Origin: Marsupella aquatica
Lineage: Eukaryota > Plantae > Marchantiophyta
Assembly (NCBI GenBank): GCA_973895155.1
Contig: OZ316898.1
Location: forward strand, 6,683,079-6,747,078
Direction of reading: 5' to 3'
Length of the DNA stretch: 64,000 nucleotides
Part shown: in pieces, positions 12,290-24,564 of the stretch
Numbering within the stretch: position 1 is the stretch's first letter
Layout: every line of letters starts with the position of its first letter
Program-made: the position numbers and the translations under genes
The notes under the pieces: generated by a model
What the model was told of the DNA's origin: nothing
The model's input: only the letters and a program-made list of their open reading frames with translations
The model's database searches: none

Positions 12290-12684
12290 CTCTGTAATAC
12301 AGTACATTAGTTAGAAATGATAAAAAAATTATAAATTTTGAACTTTTTCTAACTCAAAGGTGCAATATAGTTACCTTTTGTAACAATTTAGATCAACTGA
12401 ACACTTTACCTAATGTTATGTTTCATCGGAGACTATTGCCTATATTGGACAAGGATCGTCAATATAAATCTTTGCTCTTTACATGCTACCAAGAAAGAAG
12501 ACTGGACATCATTGGAGAAGCAATGTAGACTAGAAGATTCAACAACCGGACTCCAAAGCACTTCTTCATCAAGAATGAGCTCTGTATACAATTATCACAA
12601 TCAGTCGATCTCTTCTATTTTAGTTAAATAGCTAAAGTGGTCAAAAAAGTCTCATACTTTTTCAGGAGGTAGTAGTTACGTAGT

Positions 12685-13531
12685 AGAATCATCCCTAAAA
12701 GTTTCATCTCAAACTTACATGTGGTTTGAAAGTTAGAATTATTTTAGTTTTACTGTTTTTAGCCTAGCCGCGACTTTACCGACGCTTTCAAAAGCGTCCA
12801 TTGTATTTTTGGACGCTTTGAGAAGCGTCCACCCAAGACCACGACGCTTTGAGAAGCATTCACATGAGAAGCGTCCACCCAAGACCACGACGCTTTGAGA
12901 AACGTCCACATGAGAAGTGATGCCTTGAGAAGCGTCTGTCCGTGTTCGACAGCAAAGGAGAGCCGACGCTTTTGGAAGCGTCCGCCAAGTATCAACGCCT
13001 GACAGAAGTGTCCGCACCCCAAAGGCGACATCGACACTGACGCTGACTGAAGCGTCCGCTACAGGCCCCAACTCTTTGCAAGGTGCCCACTTGAAAGCCA
13101 GAGACGGATGCTGCGACCTAAACCTCAAAATTTCAGCCGATGCTTTGAAAAGTGTCCACAAAAGTTCCTTTGTAATTTGGACGTTTCGTGAAGCGTCCAC
13201 CAAAATCCCGGTACTTAGAATTTTTTTTGGTTTTTCACTTCTTATAATAACTATGATACTTTTACCGATTTATTTGAAGCACTTAGAAATCTCAGGAAAG
13301 TCTGAAACTTTGCAAGCATAGAGATTATACGTAGTTGAGTACCCTGAAAACATTTCATCTCATTCTGACTTTTAGTTTAGAAGTTAAAATTCCGACAAGA
13401 TCATTGTTTATTAGTTTTACTGCAAACATCGACGCTTCTCAAAGCGTTCGCTCAAACCTCGACGCTTTGAGAAGCATCCCCTACATTTTCGACACTTTTA
13501 GCAATGTCCATTCACTTTTCAAGGATGACTG
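12685..13531. mobile_element. Non-autonomous TIR/foldback-like element with repeated GACGCTT-N4-AAGCGTC hairpin motif
   Basis: More than ten variants of GACGCTTTGAGAAGCGTC between 12780 and 13510. Weak terminal inverted match ATCATCCCTAAAAGT / ACTTTTCAAGGATGAC. Confidence 0.5.
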
Positions 13532-15050
13532 TTATTAAGTTTATTCAAGATCCTTTAGATATGAAAAGGCATGTCCTTTCAGTATCTCAGTCTCCTTGGG
13601 TTCTTGCTAGCCTATATGAAGTAGAATTTGTGTCATTTTCAAATGTGAAGAAATAAAGTAAGTGCTTGTGGCATGTGCCGCAACATTGGAATCACCTTCT
13701 TCTCATTTCTTTGGTCTGAATGATTGAGAGTTTAGATCATTGAAGTAAAATTACTTGTATGAAATTGAATCTCAGAAGTATGAGGGAACAGATTCCTTAA
13801 GTGATGACAACTCATTTTCTTGAGTTCTCGATGCATAGTTTTTGGCGTGACATTACTTGTGCACGGGATGCAAAGATTGTTACTCACCAATTACTTGTGA
13901 CTTCAATTTGATCATAATGATGTTTATGATTCATGATGCAAAATACCGATTGGATGCAAAATTAATTAATTACTAATTTCTTCAGAATACCTTTGGAAGA
14001 AAAAGTTAAGACGTGTTGACGACATTTTAATAATCATTCTAGTACAATAATCCATTCCAAAAATGTTCTTATGGATTTATCACCCAAATCACATTAAATG
14101 AAATATTGATGAAAAGTTATTTTGGTGTTTTCCAGACTTTCTCATGGTACCTCAAAATTTCATTGTGTTTTGTTATTTATTTTCATTTTATTAATTGTAT
14201 TTACAATGTTCAACAAACATTCAAATCTATATCTTGCTAAATAATCATTGTAAAAGACTCAAACCTATGTTTTTGTTATCTTAGTCATTCATAAGACACT
14301 ATTAAATGATAGAAAATTATTACTTTATTGTTCTTCAATGGAATCAAATATCGAGTTTTGTACATTAAATATTGATTTATGTCCTTTGTGCAATACTAAA
14401 GCCTCCTTCTATCCCTCCTGGGGCCAGGCGAAAGGCCTTTTCATGAACTTCGGTCTCCTCTAGACCTATGATTGGATCTCCGATGTTCTCTGATCCTGCT
14501 GCTGGAATGTAGGCGAGGCTGCCACTATAGTACCAAAAGAGTTGAATATATGCCTCTCATTGACATATATTGGAATGAGGGTGGAAAACCTGTCTACACA
14601 AGTTTGACAGCCATATCTAGAACATCAAAAGTTCATCCCACAGCTCTTTCAAACCCTCACCCTTTGCTTTGCTGATATAAGAAGTGATATGCACCTAATT
14701 TGAAAATCCAGGGCATTTTATGGCTAAGATTACTATCTTCATCAAAGCTAAGTGAGACTCTATCGTGTCATATGTAACTCCTTAAACTGTGTAATTTGTT
14801 GCAACTAATTGCCGTCCTGCCAGTTGTTACTAGGCGATCGTGTCAACAGACTAAAAACAAGAGTGCCGCAAAACACGCAAGGACTTTATCATATAGCTTT
14901 AGAAAACAGACTCTTTACCTGAAGATCACTTCGAAGACCACCAAGGTATCTATGCTTTTCCGAATCGAAGCCAACATCGCTGACAAATCCTAAAATAACC
15001 GTCACGAAGACAGGTGGTCTGTAAAATGACTATGATACTTGACTTCCACT

Positions 15051-18000
15051 TGTATACAAGTGACAACATCTAGTGCCTGCATCTGACCTGAACAAGACAA
15101 GACAACTTATCAGGTAGGCACTGTCGAATGTTCATAGACTATTCTTCGACGCAGCAGAAAGATCTTCTCACACTATTTACTTCAAATTTCATAAAATAGC
15201 TGCACCTGGATTCTACTATTGTCGACAAAATACGACCTACAGTGGGACTCACAGCAAAGTATGAAGGGCTAAGAGGCACCTCGAACGGTACGAAAAGTTA
15301 CACTCGCAGCATTATATTCTTCATTTCCAGCTTCTAAAATAGATTTTGCCATTCCATTCCCTGTCCCTGTAGCAGGAGAAGTCAGTAGTTTGCATCAGTA
15401 CTGGGCAGCAACAACAAGGAGCAAGAGAAATCTATTGCATTTTGCCAACACATTACTAATTCAACAATAGATGAAAAAGTAGAAACGAAAATGGTATCAC
15501 AATCGCACGTAATAGTTCCCAAGATATGTCCAATCGCCTTAGTTTGGGAATCAACGGAATTTAAGATCAATTCAATTTAGATCAAGCAGTTTGGGATTCG
15601 CGAAACACCATTTTCACGACCTACACTCTTACAAAACTCATCCTGAAAAAGGTTCACAAGTGCGAGACTGCATTGAACTGTCTGGGCGAAAGCAGAATCT
15701 AAAGGAAGACCCGAGTGAAGGTGAGTTGCACTCAAGATGATCAAATAGTTGGAGAACTGGAGACAATGGGTCACGTTTACCTGCCAAGTGGAAAGTGCCC
15801 ATTCGTTACTGCCGGAGAAGATCCCTTCTTGGTTGTGACAGGAGCAGTGCAATCGATCTTCCATCATGGCTCAGTCTCTTTATCCTCTGTTAATGAAATC
15901 CTCTCCACAGTTTGCGCCAACTTCGTCAATCTAAAGCAACGAACTCCTATTTGGCATGCCAAACCAATCCAGACGTCTCTAGTGGGGGGCCAGTCAATTC
16001 ACATGGTTCCTAGAAATTATTGCATAATCATTTCCTCTGACCAACTACAAGATTGAGGAAGCTCAATCCCATCACGAATTACGCTGTGTACCGATTGCAA
16101 CCTTCCCAACTCCGATTCTCACAACTTTAACATCAGGACATTCCAATCGAGACTCGCTGGAGCAAGCTACCTTGATTATGGACTGATGGCCGTGGCTTCT
16201 GCACCATACTTCTCCAAGCATTTCTCACAAACCCATAAAACCGAATCAGGCGCTCGTGAGCGTCTACTAGAATCAATCTGAGCACTTGCTTTGAGCACCA
16301 CTCTCCTTAATTTAGTCCCCTTTACAAACTTACCCATCCCAATGTCAACTATCAGATCCTTCACGACACCTTCGGCGATCAATTTCATTGTAACATCTGT
16401 TAGTTTGTCGCTGGTACCTACATTTCCATGACCCTCAGCAATCAGTCTCTCGTTTAGACCTGTTAATTGTTCGGCGGGACCTGGCTTTCCATGATGATCC
16501 TTTTCGTCCTCGTCTTGCAGCATTCTCACGGCCGTATCCCTAGCTCTATCGTGCACCTCCGTGGACGTTGATATGGTTGGAATTGCACCGGCAGTACCCG
16601 GCAGCAAGACCGTAAGTGCGATTTTAGCTACTGTTGTAGCCACAAAATAGGACCATCGCACCCAAGGCTCCACATCCTTCAGCCATTCTTTTACAGCAGT
16701 ACTTTTGCTTAATTTGACTCCTTCTTGATCTTCGACCCAGTGCAAATTGCCGTCATCGAATTGAGACTCGCAGAGGAAGTGCAGTCTGTAGTCTTTTCGA
16801 AAAGGTCCTTTGGCAGTATCTTTGAAGCTTGTCCACAATCCCGAAGAGTCTTTCCGTTTCAGAATCAGGAACCTGGGTACACTTTTCTCTTTCTCTGCTA
16901 TGGAGAACGAGTAGTGCGCTTGAATCCTTAACAAGACTTCATCCCTCCCCTCGTCGGCATTTAACAAAAGCTTTTGGTTTCCTTCATCAAAGTGCTGGCG
17001 TATGGCATAGCCCTCTCTGTACATAACCTCGCCAAGATGTGAACGATTGTCAAAGATAAGATCCTTCACTTCCTGAATTTGAGCAAGTAAAACTTGGTGT
17101 CGATGCTCAACAGATGCTCTCTCCTTGTCCAGAAGTAGTGGATTGGAACTATTCCCTTCCTCTGAATCTTTGATTTGGGGCAATGAATCTTCTTTCCAGT
17201 ACCCGTTAGTATCATCCTGGGTCTCGGCAGCATGCACCGCGTCTTCAACCGCCTCTGAAGACACATCTGGGCTTTCATTTGCCTCAACCCCACCCGGTAT
17301 CACCTCGGAATCTCCCGAACCTTCAGAAAAGTCTGAGTAGTAATAGTAATCTGCCCCTTCACTCTCCCATTCATAGGCATGAGCACCAGGTGTCCCTTCA
17401 TCGGTCCCAGCCTCCATCCCGGCCTTGATCTCGAGAACCTCTTTCAATTCAACATCTGTCAGGAAGGTCTTTAGCTCCACAGCATTCCCACTGACCCGCC
17501 AGCTTGAATATGCTTCGCCTTGCATCACAAGACGCTTGATCTCTAGTAGGGACATCAGCGGCCTTTCAGTCATTTCGGGAGTTTTTTCCGTGGCTCCCCA
17601 CGGCTTAATGACCTGTATATCATATCTTAACCCTGGACAACATGCAACGCAAAGAACCTCCAGTTTCTTCATTATCTCACAAGCACGTTCAACTTGTGAG
17701 AACCTTCCCGTTGTCGGATCCACAGTTTTCACCAGAATGTCTATCCTATCGTCATTGGGATTTGAAGGATTTCCAGCAACCTCTATTAAGAACGAAAGCT
17801 CGCCAGTTTTGAAAGTAGACGAGAATTTTCCTGCTTTGTACCCACTGTCCCCACGACCACCAAAATTGATGTCGTGGGCAAGTTCCACCTGTAATCGGCG
17901 AAACAGAGTCATAGGAATTGCAGTCCTTTCACGATCCTCAGTAGCGAGACACCGCCCAATCACCAAGCCGGATCCTTCATCTTCCCACTCCATTCTGTGA

Positions 18001-21000
18001 TCGTCTTTCTGCGTCAGAGCTGGCACCATGATTTCGTTGTTACCTTTCCTGTAACACAAACCCACTCGTTCCAGCATGGAGATAATATCACCACTTTGAG
18101 TACCTTCGACGAGCAAGTGCCCAAAATAGCCCTCGAATCGGTCTACGGGAATTAATCCATTCATATTCACTATCACAGGGCAACCTTCTTCCAGCATTTC
18201 TTCTGGGAGGAGCAATTCTCCCACAACTCGTCTACAGAACCATTCTGGATGCGGGACCACCACGCTCCTATTGTTGGACCCAGAATCTGTGCATTCTTTT
18301 TGGTCAAAATAGACTATTCCCCCAATCTCATGCAAATACAATGCTGCAACTTTCAAATGCATTACACTTAAACGATGTTCATTGCGCCTCAAATTGACGT
18401 GCTTCTCAAAAGCCTCCCAACTCATAATAGGAAGGTGGCTCTTGGTATCAACTTCTGCCCATCTTTTCAGCTCCTGTTGAAGTTCCAAACAAACTCTTGG
18501 CACCGTGATATTTTGCAGCAGTTTTTGAGCCTGACCAAACAGAAAGCCTTTCAATGGGTAAACCGATGTAGGAAAGCGGACATCCAGTGAAAATGGAGCT
18601 AGACGAATGTGGAGTAAATCCCGAAACTGTTCCTCAAACTTTCTGATCAGGCTCATCCATAGAGTCATAGCAGCCTTTGCGCACTGTTGACCACCAAAGC
18701 AATTTAAAACAATCACCACATGCCGTTTAACATGCTTTTGCGAGCTTGAAGCTATAAACCGAAACCAATAGAGAAGGTCTTTTTCCAAATCTTCCGCAGT
18801 TTTTAGAAAACCAGCTCTGAAGACAAGAACAAAGATAGTTGCTTTCCCGCCCACTAACCCTGAATCAGCAAAGAACGTACCGTGCAGGACACGATATTCC
18901 TCCTGACCTGCCATATCCCAGAGAGTTAGAGTTAAATTCCCCTCCTCAAGTTGGCTTAATTCTATTCCTCTAGTCCGTGCATCCTTCAGTGGACAAGTCT
19001 TCGGTGACAAATGGGTCAGAGCTCTTCTCACTGTAGTTTTTCCTACTTCAGGAAAGCCACAAAGAAATATTTTTGCAGAAGTAAGGGGTACTACATCCTC
19101 AAGTACGTCTTTGTGCTCCTCCTTCAAAGCCCTGAGTCGAATGTTCCGAGCTCTATACTCATCCACCTTTGTCTTCAATGCGGGATCACTCACTTGAATC
19201 CAGTCAATGTCTACTTGCGTTGTGAGGCCTTCATTTGCATAGTAAGATTCTACCATGGCCTGTGCACCTACGTCACCTACTGGAGTCCCAACACAAATGA
19301 GTCTCTCTAAGCGGCAAAGGTGGCCCCTTTGAATGGTCTCCGTCAAACTTTTGAAACCTCCCACATCTATTCCGTTGTTCATTCCCAAATTCAATTCTTG
19401 CAGCTGAGGTAACTTATCTGAGTAGGAGAGGTTTACCAAAGCATCAACCGCCCTATTTGACAGCAGATTGTCACTGAGATCGAGCAATTTCAATGCCACT
19501 GCAGTCCCGGCGCAATTCATTAATACATCTGCCAATGCCCAAACTTGTTCCGAGTTGATAAAACAGCCATCCATGACCAGTTTTACGAAAGAACCTGTCA
19601 AGAGCAATGGGTGCAAATCCTCCAAGCTAATTCGATTCAATGCATTCTGGCTGAGGCGCAGTGATCTAATATTCGGCAGCTTTCCGGATACTATTGCCCG
19701 AGTGAGAACCTTCCAGCCATGGCCATCGTCAAGTACCCCGTTACATAATTGGACCTCCTCCAGTGAGAATCTAGTCCCCGGACCATTAATTATTGCATCC
19801 GCCAAGCCCCAAACTTGCTCTGGGTTGACCCAACAGCCATGCATGACCATGAGGCTCCGATGAAAATCAAACATAAGCAAAGGGCCCACTTCAGCTGATC
19901 CATACTTCCTTACGTGGACAGATGCAATACTGTCCAAGTTTCCAGAATTTATTGCCCGGGTGAAAACCTCCCAGCCATCCACTCCATCAAGCACCCCGCT
20001 CGATAGTTCAAGATGTTGCAAGCTTCTCAAGAACCCACTTTTCAAAGCTGAGTCGAGTTTCTGATATAAAATTCTCCGGGAAAGATCGTCAAGGCCCTCC
20101 ATGCTCAAGATAGAAAATGCGCGCACATGAGATATATGTTTCTCATTCCAGGACCCTAGAACTCCACTGAGATCAAATGCCGACAGGGATATAATAGGCA
20201 CATTGACACCACCGGCGGAGAGGGCCCTTGTAAGCAGGCTTGTGAACTGGCCAGTCATTAACGCTGCTGCTAGACGTGCACTTCCCTCCCGTCCCTGGGC
20301 CAAAACTGCTGGATCCTGAGACCTCAAAGAGGTAATTCTCAATCTTAGCGCCTCTACCGTTGAGATTCTATTGCTTTCGAGGATAGTTTCAAAATGGTCC
20401 ATTCCAGAACTGGCGCCCGATATTAAGCTGAGCTCCACTCCAGGAATGGTGCCAGATCCACTTGCCGGCAGACAGTGTGGGGGATCCCGATGCCAATCTA
20501 CTTCGTGTTCCCTCATATCATTGGATTGGATTCTTTGAACTCTGCACTGCGTTTCCTTTGTCTCTGATAGACGAGTGGCCCCAGTCACCTTGGGAAAACG
20601 GTAAAGCACTTGATACCACTCATCTGGCAGGTTGGCATCATTTCCGGCGTAGAGTCGCACAAAAGCCTCTGTTGCAGGTGCATCACTATCTGGATTTCTC
20701 GTCCAAATCAACACCTTCAAGCTGGGATGGTGGCCCGTTTGAATGGTCTCCATCAAAGTTAGTAGAGTTCCTGAAACTATTCCTGAGTTCATACTCAAAT
20801 CTAAGTCCTGCAACTGAGCCAACTTGTCTGAGCCGGCGAGAGCATGAACCGCGATACCATCGAGCTCATTATTATGGAGATCGAGACGCCTCAACGCTAA
20901 AGGATTCCGAGCGCCTTTCATTATTGCATCTGTAAAGCGCTCAACATCGAACGAATCAATCTTACAACCATGCAGGACGAGGTTCTCAAGGGTACTCGAC

Positions 21001-22442
21001 AAAAGGAAAGGAACCATATCCGCCAACTTAACTCCTACATTCTCACTCAAGCTGAGAGACTTCAGACCTGGCACGTTTCGAACTGTTAAGGATCTAATGA
21101 AAGAACTCCAGCGAGAGGCATTAACGAGGAACCCATCAGATAAACCGAGATGCTCCAACTTTCTAAACAACCCCCGACCCAAAAAGGCGCACAAGATCTG
21201 CAACCCGTTGTGTTGGCGCAAACCCCTTGCGCCCGTGATGGAGAATGATCGCAGTCGAGAACCCCTTGCGCCCGTGATGGAGAATGATATCAGTCGAGAA
21301 GACCTTTGCTCCGAGTCCAACAACGTTTCCATATCAAAGCAGGCGGGGAGTGATAGTGTATGCAGGTCTGGGAATTTCCTGATGCATGAACGTAACGCGG
21401 CTGTTACACCTCGAGCAAACCAACCTACCGGGTAATTGTACTCGGAGGTCATTCTAATTCTCAGTGTCCTTACACCTTGGAATGTACGGTTTTCACGGAA
21501 GATGTCTGGCACTTCATACCCAGTAGAGTCTTCTCCAAGACATGGAAGCTCCAACTCCATGTGTTCCATCCGAGAGAGATCGATACAATCCAAGAGTTCC
21601 ATTATCGAATACCACTGAGTCATATGTAGGGTTTTCTGGATTCTGAAGTGTGAATTTGGATGTCTGAAAGACGTCAGCTCGAAGCGACGAGAGCCGTCCG
21701 GCACTAAAAACCTATCTTCAAGAAAGAAATCAGAAAATTTCTTCCGATAGAAGTCCCAGTCGTCCCATCCTTGTTGGCTCCCAAAGCTCCTCCAATTCGA
21801 ATCTTCAATCCAATAATCCATCGATAAAATTGACTTTGACAAAGATGGATTTGGCTGTCCACTCCTTCTGGAAACAAAGTTGTCGAACCCCGAACTCTAC
21901 AATGCTTGCCGCCGCTCAAGTCAAAAGCTTCTACAATTATCTGGACCCGATTCACTCTCGACTCACCCAGCTAGTACCGCACTGAGACACGAGAACAATC
22001 ACTCAGAATCTCGAAAGGTAGTAAGCAGACGCACCATACCGAGCATCCACAATCAGCTATTTTCCCACTGCATCGTTCCGTAGAAAAGCCTGGAAGTTGC
22101 CAACCGCAAGACCTCTCTTACGACGGCCAGGAGGGGGAAGAAAGGACTAAGATGGCCACGACATTCAGCTAGGAGAAGTGGCTCGTCAGTTCATAATCAA
22201 GGAAGCACTCCCCAAAGCGACTCTCATCAGCAAACACGGAGCTTTTGTTGAAGTCTCTCAGTCCTGCTGCTCGCAGCTTTCCACCCAACTTCACTGGTAT
22301 TCTTTCTACTTTTCGCGAATCGAATGCGGTAGGACCCAACGCGAGCTGTCACACTGTTAATTAATTTCCTCCTGCTGTTCTGCAGCTTCTCTGAAGCTCT
22401 GAAGCTCTGAGCTCCGTGATTTCTCTTCACTCGTGCTGAAGG
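15051..22442 (-). repeat. Left arm of large inverted duplication (Roco gene A with 5' and 3' flanks)
   Basis: Reverse complement of 30292-38210. The 3' flank 15051-16175 is nearly identical to 37081-38210. Confidence 0.95.
16176..21821 (-). CDS. TORNADO1-like LRR-ROC-COR protein, full length (copy A)
   Basis: Uninterrupted ORF; first ATG at 21821 (MDYWIEDSNW). RNI-type LRRs; ROC motifs GFPEVGKTT, RTRGI and WDMAGQEEY; COR (LHEIGGIVYF, PEWFC, LFRRLQV); TRN1-type C-terminus (VPRF..LHFLCE..HWVEDQEG..LRRV..WVC). Confidence 0.92.
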   Translation of the reverse strand: MDYWIEDSNWRSFGSQQGWDDWDFYRKKFSDFFLEDRFLVPDGSRRFELTSFRHPNSHFRIQKTLHMTQWYSIMELLDCIDLSRMEHMELELPCLGEDSTGYEVPDIFRENRTFQGVRTLRIRMTSEYNYPVGWFARGVTAALRSCIRKFPDLHTLSLPACFDMETLLDSEQRSSRLISFSITGARGSRLRSFSITGARGLRQHNGLQILCAFLGRGLFRKLEHLGLSDGFLVNASRWSSFIRSLTVRNVPGLKSLSLSENVGVKLADMVPFLLSSTLENLVLHGCKIDSFDVERFTDAIMKGARNPLALRRLDLHNNELDGIAVHALAGSDKLAQLQDLDLSMNSGIVSGTLLTLMETIQTGHHPSLKVLIWTRNPDSDAPATEAFVRLYAGNDANLPDEWYQVLYRFPKVTGATRLSETKETQCRVQRIQSNDMREHEVDWHRDPPHCLPASGSGTIPGVELSLISGASSGMDHFETILESNRISTVEALRLRITSLRSQDPAVLAQGREGSARLAAALMTGQFTSLLTRALSAGGVNVPIISLSAFDLSGVLGSWNEKHISHVRAFSILSMEGLDDLSRRILYQKLDSALKSGFLRSLQHLELSSGVLDGVDGWEVFTRAINSGNLDSIASVHVRKYGSAEVGPLLMFDFHRSLMVMHGCWVNPEQVWGLADAIINGPGTRFSLEEVQLCNGVLDDGHGWKVLTRAIVSGKLPNIRSLRLSQNALNRISLEDLHPLLLTGSFVKLVMDGCFINSEQVWALADVLMNCAGTAVALKLLDLSDNLLSNRAVDALVNLSYSDKLPQLQELNLGMNNGIDVGGFKSLTETIQRGHLCRLERLICVGTPVGDVGAQAMVESYYANEGLTTQVDIDWIQVSDPALKTKVDEYRARNIRLRALKEEHKDVLEDVVPLTSAKIFLCGFPEVGKTTVRRALTHLSPKTCPLKDARTRGIELSQLEEGNLTLTLWDMAGQEEYRVLHGTFFADSGLVGGKATIFVLVFRAGFLKTAEDLEKDLLYWFRFIASSSQKHVKRHVVIVLNCFGGQQCAKAAMTLWMSLIRKFEEQFRDLLHIRLAPFSLDVRFPTSVYPLKGFLFGQAQKLLQNITVPRVCLELQQELKRWAEVDTKSHLPIMSWEAFEKHVNLRRNEHRLSVMHLKVAALYLHEIGGIVYFDQKECTDSGSNNRSVVVPHPEWFCRRVVGELLLPEEMLEEGCPVIVNMNGLIPVDRFEGYFGHLLVEGTQSGDIISMLERVGLCYRKGNNEIMVPALTQKDDHRMEWEDEGSGLVIGRCLATEDRERTAIPMTLFRRLQVELAHDINFGGRGDSGYKAGKFSSTFKTGELSFLIEVAGNPSNPNDDRIDILVKTVDPTTGRFSQVERACEIMKKLEVLCVACCPGLRYDIQVIKPWGATEKTPEMTERPLMSLLEIKRLVMQGEAYSSWRVSGNAVELKTFLTDVELKEVLEIKAGMEAGTDEGTPGAHAYEWESEGADYYYYSDFSEGSGDSEVIPGGVEANESPDVSSEAVEDAVHAAETQDDTNGYWKEDSLPQIKDSEEGNSSNPLLLDKERASVEHRHQVLLAQIQEVKDLIFDNRSHLGEVMYREGYAIRQHFDEGNQKLLLNADEGRDEVLLRIQAHYSFSIAEKEKSVPRFLILKRKDSSGLWTSFKDTAKGPFRKDYRLHFLCESQFDDGNLHWVEDQEGVKLSKSTAVKEWLKDVEPWVRWSYFVATTVAKIALTVLLPGTAGAIPTISTSTEVHDRARDTAVRMLQDEDEKDHHGKPGPAEQLTGLNERLIAEGHGNVGTSDKLTDVTMKLIAEGVVKDLIVDIGMGKFVKGTKLRRVVLKASAQIDSSRRSRAPDSVLWVCEKCLEKYGAEATAISP

Positions 22443-23882
22443 AATTGGTACAGTCAACTGTACACAAGTGCACGTGTATAAGTGCATTCCGTGGGAGGTC
22501 GTCTAATCCCCTAGTATTACATTTCCTTTTTGGACAATGCACCAAAAATTGAACCTTGTATAAGTGTGGGAGGGACCTTACCGAATGACAAATACATAAG
22601 TGCATTTCAGTCGAAAGTGCTCACATGTGTTTATCTGTTAGTGCAATGCATACAGAGGAATGTTTATTGATAAGTGGAATAGACAATTACATAAAAGATT
22701 TTCTTGCACAAATCCAGTAGAGTTGTGGCTCAGGGTATGACGAGTCCTATGTGTGTGACTTGACAACACATATGAGAAAGTGCATACGCGTTTCCCTTGC
22801 ACTTGTTGGGTAGTGCAACCATGCACATATGGAGAAAAGCATGCAAGCATATCCTTGCACATAGAACATAGGCTCTGACTGGATTGTTCAACCCTTTTTT
22901 TCCCCTCTAGAAACCCAATTGAATTTCATTCAAAAAGCCAGGCAGCATACAACAGGGGTGGCCCACAAAGGGGGTTGGCACCCAGGTGGACCCAAACGTC
23001 ATGAAGCCACAAAAACAGGGGGGGGGGGGGAAGCATACCCAGAACAGGAGCTGTTTAACCCTTTTCAAGTGAATAGCTGCTGTGACTTCACGATCATAGT
23101 CAGGTTCAAACTCTATAAGACAGTGCAAACTGGCTGAACGATCTGTTCCTTGTTTTTAAGAATTAGGCGAGTAGCTCTAGGAGGGCATGAACAGTACAGT
23201 ACAGAAAGGCATTTGACCTGGTCATGCAGTACAGATAGCATATATATATACTGTGCAAACGAACAAAAATGTCAAACCAGGAGATATGGTCCCAAAGGCA
23301 AAACAACCCAATAAAGGGAAAAAGAGGGGAAAAAACCCAGATCCACGACTGAAGAAGCCAAACAAGCCAAAGGGATAGTCAATTGTATAGTACTTTTGCA
23401 CAAACTCTCCCCTTGGGTGGAATCCCATGGTGGCAAATGGCAGGGAATTTTTCAAATTTTAGCCCAAGTATTATTTGCCAGCTCATCTTTGAAGTAGGTT
23501 CTTGGCGATTTTTGCCCACAAAAGATGTCTGATAGCCCACATCATCAACATTGTCCAAAGAGAGACGAGGGCTTTAAAAAAGTGAGGTAACAGCAAACAT
23601 CAACTGAAAATAGGAACAAAATTGATTGAAACCCAACAAGAAAAACCAATTCTCCACCTTAGACCCAGCCCCTCGGGGCCAGGAAGCTTTAAGGGGGGAG
23701 ACAAACCCAAACCACATCACCAATGAATCAAAAAAATAAACAAAGAAAACCTCTTCATTGACTGCTCCACTTTTTAAGCTTTTGTGGAGTGCCTGCCCAT
23801 AATTGCAGTAAGTACCAAAGGGAGCTCAAGATTTAATCAATCGGGCTTCCAAAGAATAAGTATACAGCCTGGATTTCATTTC

Positions 23883-24003
23883 TCAGACGTGTCTCCAAGG
23901 CCTACGATTAATTTTTGGGGGCCTAAACAAAGAAATGGAAATCAGACGTGTCTCCAAGGCCTACGATTAATTTTTGGGGGCCTAAACAAAGAAATGGAAA
24001 TCA
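23883..24003. repeat. 59-bp tandem duplication
   Basis: TCAGACGTGTCTCCAAGGCCTACGATTAATTTTTGGGGGCCTAAACAAAGAAATGGAAA occurs twice. Confidence 0.9.
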
Positions 24004-24219
24004 GTTTTGGCCCAGAGTGGGGACGTGGAGAAATTGCCAAGGCAGGCTGCCCAGAGTCTGGAAAATCAAACCTTAGTTTTGGGGCATGCCAAATCTCTCT
24101 ATACGAGACAGGGCCCAAGGTGTCCCACTTGGAGCACCATGTGCACCAAGTCTACACCATGGGCCAATTTTGTGATTCCAAAATGCTGAACTCCTGTTTG
24201 GCACGCCAACTCTCAATCT

Positions 24220-24247
24220 ACAAGACAAGACAAGACAAGACAAGACA
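24220..24247. repeat. (CAAGA)n microsatellite
   Basis: Five full CAAGA units. Confidence 0.85.
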
Positions 24248-24564
24248 CTTGTAGACAGAGATTTCACTGATTGTAATCTACAGCATGAGCCAACTTTCTG
24301 ATTCTGAAACGCTCCACTGTTGTTTGCATGCAAAATTCTATATAGGAGACAACGCAGTGCGTTGCCAAAGGCATCCCTCAATCAACTGTTCTCCAATACA
24401 CCGGCGGACAGCAGTTCATAAACATATATGGTTACTAGAAACTACCTCTCGAAACTTTTTTTCCTAGTGTGACCTACACACAACACTCCCTTCCTCAGCG
24501 TCTTTGGCTGTTGACAATAAATCTTCTTTCCAGCAGCCCTCCACTTCAAACTCTGTCTTAAGAG

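Noticed and set aside
15382-16056. Small ORFs apparently conserved with 37200-37879
   Set aside because: The conservation follows from near-identical duplicated DNA, and the frames differ by indels between arms.
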